DNA of 64,000 bases from positions 1 through 64,000 of the forward strand of contig JAOZGP010000004.1 of NCBI GenBank assembly GCA_027491735.1. The letters run 5' to 3'. The DNA comes from Thermoproteota archaeon. GTDB lineage: Archaea > Korarchaeota > Korarchaeia > Korarchaeales > Korarchaeaceae. Below, piece by piece: positions 58,782 to 64,000 of this stretch. The position numbers and the translations under genes were made by a program. Numbering within the stretch: the stretch's first letter is position 1; each line of letters opens with the position of its first letter. The notes under the pieces are model-generated. The model worked only from the letters and a program-made list of their open reading frames with translations, was not told where the DNA came from and searched no databases.

Positions 58782-59543
58782 TTAGAGAAGGTTTCTGGGT
58801 ACTGGTGTGAAGTGCTCTTCGAGGCCGAGATCTTTAAATGGAGATCCCATGGCCCTAGCGATGAGTTGGGTGAAGTGGAGGATTGGAAGAGATCCTCCTC
58901 CATAGAAGTCGAGCATAAAGTGGCATAGATTACACATCGTGACGATGGCATCAGCTCCTGCCTCCTTAGCTGATTCCACCACGGATCTGGCCATCTCAAC
59001 AGCAACATTGGGTTTCCTGAGGGTTAGAGGTCCCCCGCAGCACTTGAGCCTCATAGAAAAATCTACAGGTTTGGCTCCTATAGCTTCCATCAGATCCTCA
59101 AGCATGTGCGGATCTTCTGGATCATCTATGGCGAGATCTCTCGGCCTGAGGGCTTGACATCCGTAATAGGTGGCTACCTTCAAGTCAAGGCTCCTCACTA
59201 CCCTCTTCCTCAGCTCCTCAACGCCCACTTCATCGTGCAGGAACTTGACGAGGTGATCTATTGAGCCCCCTCCTCTGTTTATGTTGCTGTAACATCCACT
59301 ACACCCAGTTATCAGTCTCTTCTGACCGGCTTCCCTCATTATTATGTCCGTGAGTCCTCTCACTATGTTCACATCTACGAGTTCGGCTTCAAGGGTGCCG
59401 CAGCAGGGGGCCCTGTCCAGGATCACAGGTTCAAAACCCAGCTTCCTAAGGACAGAGATCGCCGTCCTGAGGTAAGCCTTCTCGGTTGTCTTAGCGGAGC
59501 AGCCAGGATAATAGGCCACAACCCCAGTGGTCTCATCTGACAA
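58782..59543 (-). CDS. hdrB: Heterodisulfide reductase subunit B
   Basis: YYPGC..CCG..C.GC and YYGCQ..RP..CCGG..C.LC CCG domains. Confidence 0.9.
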   Translation of the reverse strand: MSDETTGVVAYYPGCSAKTTEKAYLRTAISVLRKLGFEPVILDRAPCCGTLEAELVDVNIVRGLTDIIMREAGQKRLITGCSGCYSNINRGGGSIDHLVKFLHDEVGVEELRKRVVRSLDLKVATYYGCQALRPRDLAIDDPEDPHMLEDLMEAIGAKPVDFSMRLKCCGGPLTLRKPNVAVEMARSVVESAKEAGADAIVTMCNLCHFMLDFYGGGSLPILHFTQLIARAMGSPFKDLGLEEHFTPVPRNLL

Positions 59544-60015
59544 TCCTCCTCACCTCCCTCCTGATCTCTTCGGGAACTCCTCCTCCCTCCTTCAGTATCC
59601 CGGCCAACTTTACTCCCTTGAACCCAGCCATCTTAAGCGATCCGAGAACCCCGATCGAAGAGATTGCGACCTTAGCTGGGTTTATGAACGCTCTCCTTCT
59701 AAGCTCGTCCATGAAGGCCTTCTCGATTCTCCCAACCCCATACTTCCTGACTCTCATGTTCGACAGGGCCGTAGCTATGTCCGGGAAGCTGAGGCCCTGA
59801 GGACACCTCACCGTACAGAGGTAGCAGTGGAGGCAGGGCTCGTAAAGCCTCTTGTCCACCACCTCGTCCATTCCCATCTGTACCATGTGCACCAGCTTGT
59901 TTGGCCTGAAATCGTCTACTCCGACGACTTGGCATGATGAAGCGCACTCGCCGCACTGGAAACACTTGTAGACATCCTGGCCGGATATCTTGAGAACTTC
60001 ATTGGCAAGGATCAT
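59533..60015 (-). CDS. hdrC: Heterodisulfide reductase subunit C
   Basis: CFQCGECASSC and CLHCYLCTVRCP. Confidence 0.88.
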   Translation of the reverse strand: MILANEVLKISGQDVYKCFQCGECASSCQVVGVDDFRPNKLVHMVQMGMDEVVDKRLYEPCLHCYLCTVRCPQGLSFPDIATALSNMRVRKYGVGRIEKAFMDELRRRAFINPAKVAISSIGVLGSLKMAGFKGVKLAGILKEGGGVPEEIRREVRRIVR

Positions 60016-60896
60016 CCTCTCACCCTGCCCATTGAGATCGCCCTAGCGGATAGCTTCTCCTTGCAATCTGGGCATATTTTCTGGGAGTTTGCTCTTTCTA
60101 TTTCCTTTGATGTGGCAAAAGGTCTGCCGCAAAGTTCGCATCTGACCAGCTTCATCTCAGGACCCTTCGACCACTCTTCCAAGAGCTGCTTGACCGTCAT
60201 TCCTCCCAGCTTCAGGGCCTCAACCTTGTTCTCCTTGCAGACATCGACACACTTCCCACAACCAACACATTTCGAGGCGCTCAGATAGATAATTCGGAGG
60301 TCCTTCGAGTCCTCGAACCTAAGAGCCCCTTCAGGACATGCCTCGGCACATGCACCACACCCAATGCACTCCTCCGAGAAGAGCGGTATCTCGAACCCGG
60401 GCACAGGCACTAGCCTGACTTCCTTCACCATCTTAGCTATGGACCTAAGGGATTCCGCGAAGTTCTCCTTCTTCTTCGGCACCCTCAGTACAGGTTTTCT
60501 GTCAAGCGGAGGAAGCCTGTTCAACCTGGAGGACATCTCTTCTGCTGCAGCAACAAACTTATGCGGTTCGGAAGCTGCCATGAAGAACATCTCGACCCTG
60601 TCCGGCTCGACCCCAATCGCGTCCAGAAGCTGCTTGAGGAACTCAACCCTCTCCTCTGCTTTGAGGTTTCCGTCCACATAATGACATTCTCCCTTTCTGC
60701 AACCAGCTACAAAGACAGCATCAGCTCCTTTGGCCAGCGCATAGAGGATCCACGCCGGATCAACGGTCCCCGAACAGGGAATCCTTACTATCAGGACGTT
60801 AGCTGGATGCTTCCTATGAGTGCTGCCGGCCAGGTCGGCGGCAGCATAGGCGCACTCATTACAGCAGAAACCAACCACAAGCCTCTCATCAGCCAC
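60012..60896 (-). CDS. mvhD: MvhD-like 2Fe-2S subunit fused to a ferredoxin domain
   Basis: FCCNECAY.AADLAG, PCSG, GC..GECHY, followed by two CxxCxxCxxxC motifs and C-terminal CxxC pairs. Confidence 0.88.
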   Translation of the reverse strand: MADERLVVGFCCNECAYAAADLAGSTHRKHPANVLIVRIPCSGTVDPAWILYALAKGADAVFVAGCRKGECHYVDGNLKAEERVEFLKQLLDAIGVEPDRVEMFFMAASEPHKFVAAAEEMSSRLNRLPPLDRKPVLRVPKKKENFAESLRSIAKMVKEVRLVPVPGFEIPLFSEECIGCGACAEACPEGALRFEDSKDLRIIYLSASKCVGCGKCVDVCKENKVEALKLGGMTVKQLLEEWSKGPEMKLVRCELCGRPFATSKEIERANSQKICPDCKEKLSARAISMGRVRG

Positions 60897-62859
60897 TCAA
60901 CACACCCCCTAGCAGACCCTCTATCTGATTGAATATCTGATCCTCCGTGTACACCTTCCTGCTTATGGCCCCAACTGGACAGACTGCCTGGCATATACCA
61001 CACCCCGCACAGGCAGCTGGCAATATCTTGGCCTTTCCGTTCTCCTCAACTATAGCATTGAAGGGACACTGATCCTTGCAGGCCATGCATCCAATGCAGA
61101 GTTCCTCATCCACGAAGGCTTTTTCACCACTGATCTTGATCTTCCCCTTCATCAGGATTGTGGCCGCCTCGCTTGCAGCAGCCTTGGCCTGTGCAACGGA
61201 GTCGGGTATGTCCTTAGGTCCTTGAGCAGCTCCACATATGAAGATCCCGGGGACTGACGTCTGGACTGGTTTGAGCTTCGCATGGAGCTCCTGGAGGAAG
61301 CCATAGGGGTCCTTTGGTATGTTGAACACCTCCCTTATGGTCTTAGTCCCTTCAGAGGGGGACACACCAGCAGCTAGGACCACTAGATCGGCCTTTATCT
61401 CCAGCTTCCTGCTAAGAGTCTGATCGAACACTTCGACCGCCAGGTGATCTCCCTCCCTTCTCACCTCTCCAGGCTTTCCTCTGATGAACATCACTCCCTC
61501 CTCCCTCACTCTGGAGTATAGCTCCTCAAACCCCTTCTTTGGGGTTCTCATATCTATGTAACATATGTACACCTTGGTATCGGGGTACTCGGATCTTATT
61601 ATCTCCGCATGTTTTAATGATATCATGCAGCAGACATTCGAGCAGTAGGGGTTGTTGTTCACATCCCTGCTCCCTGCACACTGTATGAAAACGACGCTTC
61701 TTGGAATTTTTCCATCGGAGGGCCTCTTTAGGTGTCCTGAAGTCGGTCCGTTGACGTTTATCAGAGATTCTAGCTGAAGCTGTGTTATAACATCAGCGTA
61801 CTTCCCATATCCATAGTTCTTTAAATTTGATGCATTGTACTCGTCAATCCCCGTGGCTATCACGACCGCACCCACCCTGAGCTCAAACTCCTCCGGATTC
61901 TCGTTCAGGTTTATCGCCTCGACGGGGCATCTCCTGGCACATTCGCCACACTTCCCACTTTTTATGTATAGGCAGGATTCCGGATCTATCACATAGGCCC
62001 TCGGAGCCGCCTGAGGAAAGGGTATATAGGCAGCCTTCCTCCTACCCAATCCCATCTGCCACTCGTTGATAGTTTCCACCGGACACACCCTCTCGCAGGT
62101 GGCGCAGGATATGCACTTCTCCGGATCCACATATCTCGGTTTCTTCCTGACTTTCAATGTGAAGTTTCCTATGGACCCTGACGCCTCAACAACCTCGCTC
62201 ATCGTGTGGACCTCTATCAACGGATGGTCCAGAACCTCAGCCATCAGAGGAGTTAGTATGCAGAGGGAGCAGTCCCCTGTTGGGAAGACCCTATCAAAGA
62301 GAGCCATCTTTCCCCCGAGGGTTGGGTTTTTCTCTAGAAGATGGACCTTTATCCCCTTGTTGGCCAGATCCAGGGCAGCTGTTATCCCAGCTATACCCCC
62401 TCCGATGACCGCAGCCTCGTTCACCACTTCGGCCTCGCTCTCATATATGGGTTCGGCAGCGGCAACCTTATGAACTCCCGCTAGCACGTACCTTATCGCC
62501 TTGTTCGTCGCCTCCTCCGGATTCTCAGTTGACCAGGAGACCTGTTCCCTCAGGTTTACCTGCTCCATATATCCCGGATTGAGCCCTGCCTCAGCTACAA
62601 CCCTCCTAAAGAGGCCTTCATGGAGCTTGGGGCTACATGCAGCCACAACAACTCTGTTTATCTTTCCACTCTTTATGTCCTTCCTTATGAGCTCCTGTCC
62701 CATCTTGCTACACATGAAAAAGTAATCCCTGGATATCGCCACTAAGGGATTCTTCGCCACCTCCTTGGCGACCTTCTTGACGTCAACCTTCCCAGCTATG
62801 TTCTTGCCACAGTGGCAGACGTATACACCAACCCTTATATCATCCGACGTATAGATCAC
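60889..62859 (-). CDS. hdrA: Heterodisulfide reductase subunit A
   Basis: YVCHCG.NI, ACSP..H, GGGIAG, FPT.DC..C, QCAGSRD, CSNVCC, GPKDIPDSV, ferredoxin motifs. Confidence 0.95.
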   Translation of the reverse strand: MIYTSDDIRVGVYVCHCGKNIAGKVDVKKVAKEVAKNPLVAISRDYFFMCSKMGQELIRKDIKSGKINRVVVAACSPKLHEGLFRRVVAEAGLNPGYMEQVNLREQVSWSTENPEEATNKAIRYVLAGVHKVAAAEPIYESEAEVVNEAAVIGGGIAGITAALDLANKGIKVHLLEKNPTLGGKMALFDRVFPTGDCSLCILTPLMAEVLDHPLIEVHTMSEVVEASGSIGNFTLKVRKKPRYVDPEKCISCATCERVCPVETINEWQMGLGRRKAAYIPFPQAAPRAYVIDPESCLYIKSGKCGECARRCPVEAINLNENPEEFELRVGAVVIATGIDEYNASNLKNYGYGKYADVITQLQLESLINVNGPTSGHLKRPSDGKIPRSVVFIQCAGSRDVNNNPYCSNVCCMISLKHAEIIRSEYPDTKVYICYIDMRTPKKGFEELYSRVREEGVMFIRGKPGEVRREGDHLAVEVFDQTLSRKLEIKADLVVLAAGVSPSEGTKTIREVFNIPKDPYGFLQELHAKLKPVQTSVPGIFICGAAQGPKDIPDSVAQAKAAASEAATILMKGKIKISGEKAFVDEELCIGCMACKDQCPFNAIVEENGKAKILPAACAGCGICQAVCPVGAISRKVYTEDQIFNQIEGLLGGVLSG

Positions 62860-63668
62860 CTCCTCAGAAAATAGCTAAAAATCTCAGAAAAAGCTTCGTT
62901 CATGGCGATAACACCAGGGGAGTTTTCGGGGTATATATCGACTCCTCTCCCCTCCATCTCGCTCAAGAAGAAGCTATCGTCGTAGGGGATGAAGAACGCC
63001 CCAACATCCCTCTTGCCGCACTCATCGAGCACCTTCCTTCTGATCATCCCAAGCTTATCGGGAGGAACCTTGTTCACAAGAAGATCTATCCTCTCTATGC
63101 CCAGGTTTTTCCCCATCTCTATCAGCCTAAACGAGATGTCGAGGGACTTCACTGTTGGTTCCGAGACACAGATCATGTGATCGAAGTTCTCAGCTAGACC
63201 CCTTCCAAAGACCTCTGCTCCGGCCTCCGAGTCCACCACAACGGCTTCCCTCTCATCCATCATGACGTGTTTGAGGAAGGCTCTCGCCAAAGCTATTGCT
63301 GGACAGAGACATCCCTCTTTAGCCGCGTCTATGCTGCCAACAACGACCAGTCTTAGGTTGTCCCTCACCCTAAGGCCGAACTTCTCTATTATGTCATCCA
63401 CCTGAGGATTGAGTCTGAAGAAGATTCCCCACGCCTCTCCAGGCTTTGCTCCAGTTCGTTTAGCGATGAACTCATTGTTCTTGGTAAGAGGAATTATCTT
63501 GAGGGCTTTATCTCTCGGCACACCAAGGGCTTGGGCCAGATTAGGGACTGAATCTGTGTCAAGAGCTAAAACCTTGAGACCTCTTAAGCTCAAGAAAAAA
63601 GAGAGGAGAGCAGATGTGGTAGTCTTCCCTGTCCCTCCCTTTCCAGCCACGAGCACCTTTAACGGCAC
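62856..63668 (-). CDS. cooC: CODH nickel-insertion ATPase
   Basis: GKGGTGKTT, GCLCP, VDSEAG.E.FGRG. Confidence 0.9.
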   Translation of the reverse strand: MPLKVLVAGKGGTGKTTTSALLSFFLSLRGLKVLALDTDSVPNLAQALGVPRDKALKIIPLTKNNEFIAKRTGAKPGEAWGIFFRLNPQVDDIIEKFGLRVRDNLRLVVVGSIDAAKEGCLCPAIALARAFLKHVMMDEREAVVVDSEAGAEVFGRGLAENFDHMICVSEPTVKSLDISFRLIEMGKNLGIERIDLLVNKVPPDKLGMIRRKVLDECGKRDVGAFFIPYDDSFFLSEMEGRGVDIYPENSPGVIAMNEAFSEIFSYFLRR

Positions 63669-63674
63669 CTATAC

Positions 63675-64000
63675 TCACTCCGGCCATCCGAGCTTCTTCC
63701 TCTTCTCCTTTATCACTTGGATCATCGTCTGAGCCGCCTTTATCGGATCGGGTTCGACGTAGAACTTTCCTCCTACCAGGTCCTCAGCCTTATCGGTCAG
63801 GATCTCGACTACCCCCTTGCTGCCCAAGACAGGAGGCACCGTTCCTAGGTGTGTAAACACGCCAGAGGAGACGAAGTAGGTTCCTATGGAGACAGCCTTC
63901 TCGCTCATCCACTCCGGAGCAGAGCCCACAGCAGGAAGGTCTGATATATCCACGCCCAGGTGGTCCGCCAGTGCCGCCAGAGCTATCAACATTCTGGAGC
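63675..64000 (-). CDS. cooS: Anaerobic Ni,Fe CO dehydrogenase catalytic subunit (C-terminal part; runs off the window)
   Basis: DISDLP..GSAPEWMSEKAVSIG, PPVLGS, EPDP, KRKKLG. Confidence 0.92.
   Translation of the reverse strand, partial: SRMLIALAALADHLGVDISDLPAVGSAPEWMSEKAVSIGTYFVSSGVFTHLGTVPPVLGSKGVVEILTDKAEDLVGGKFYVEPDPIKAAQTMIQVIKEKRKKLGWPE

Noticed and set aside
1-64000. tRNA, rRNA, integrase or cas1/cas2/cas6 genes
   Set aside because: None recognised by eye; a tRNAscan-SE or HMM search would be needed to exclude them

Overview
Archaeal chromosomal window with GGTGA/GAGG ribosome-binding sites, TATA-type promoters and archaeal gene families; the gene style suggests a thermophilic TACK/Korarchaeia-like lineage (inference only). 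Most of the window is intact housekeeping and metabolic DNA: Sua5, ETF plus a membrane Fe-S oxidoreductase, ABC transporters, a Tad/type IV pilus-like operon, HisRS, TrpRS, a lipoate ligase pair, adenine deaminase, three radical SAM enzymes and a cooS-cooC-hdrA-mvhD-hdrC-hdrB operon. The notable part is a roughly 10 kb mosaic defence island (about 2290-12480). It contains an AT-rich brxL-like pseudogene, an ORF fusing membrane helices to an Argonaute MID-PIWI module, a Rad50/SMC-like C-terminal half, and a promoter-preceded single-spacer CRISPR mini-array lying just downstream of frameshifted type IV-like csf2-csf3 (cas7-cas5) genes that the ORF track shows only as fragments. Toxin-antitoxin genes and a tnpB right-end relic close the island. 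All family assignments come from motif recognition by eye; no database searches were run.
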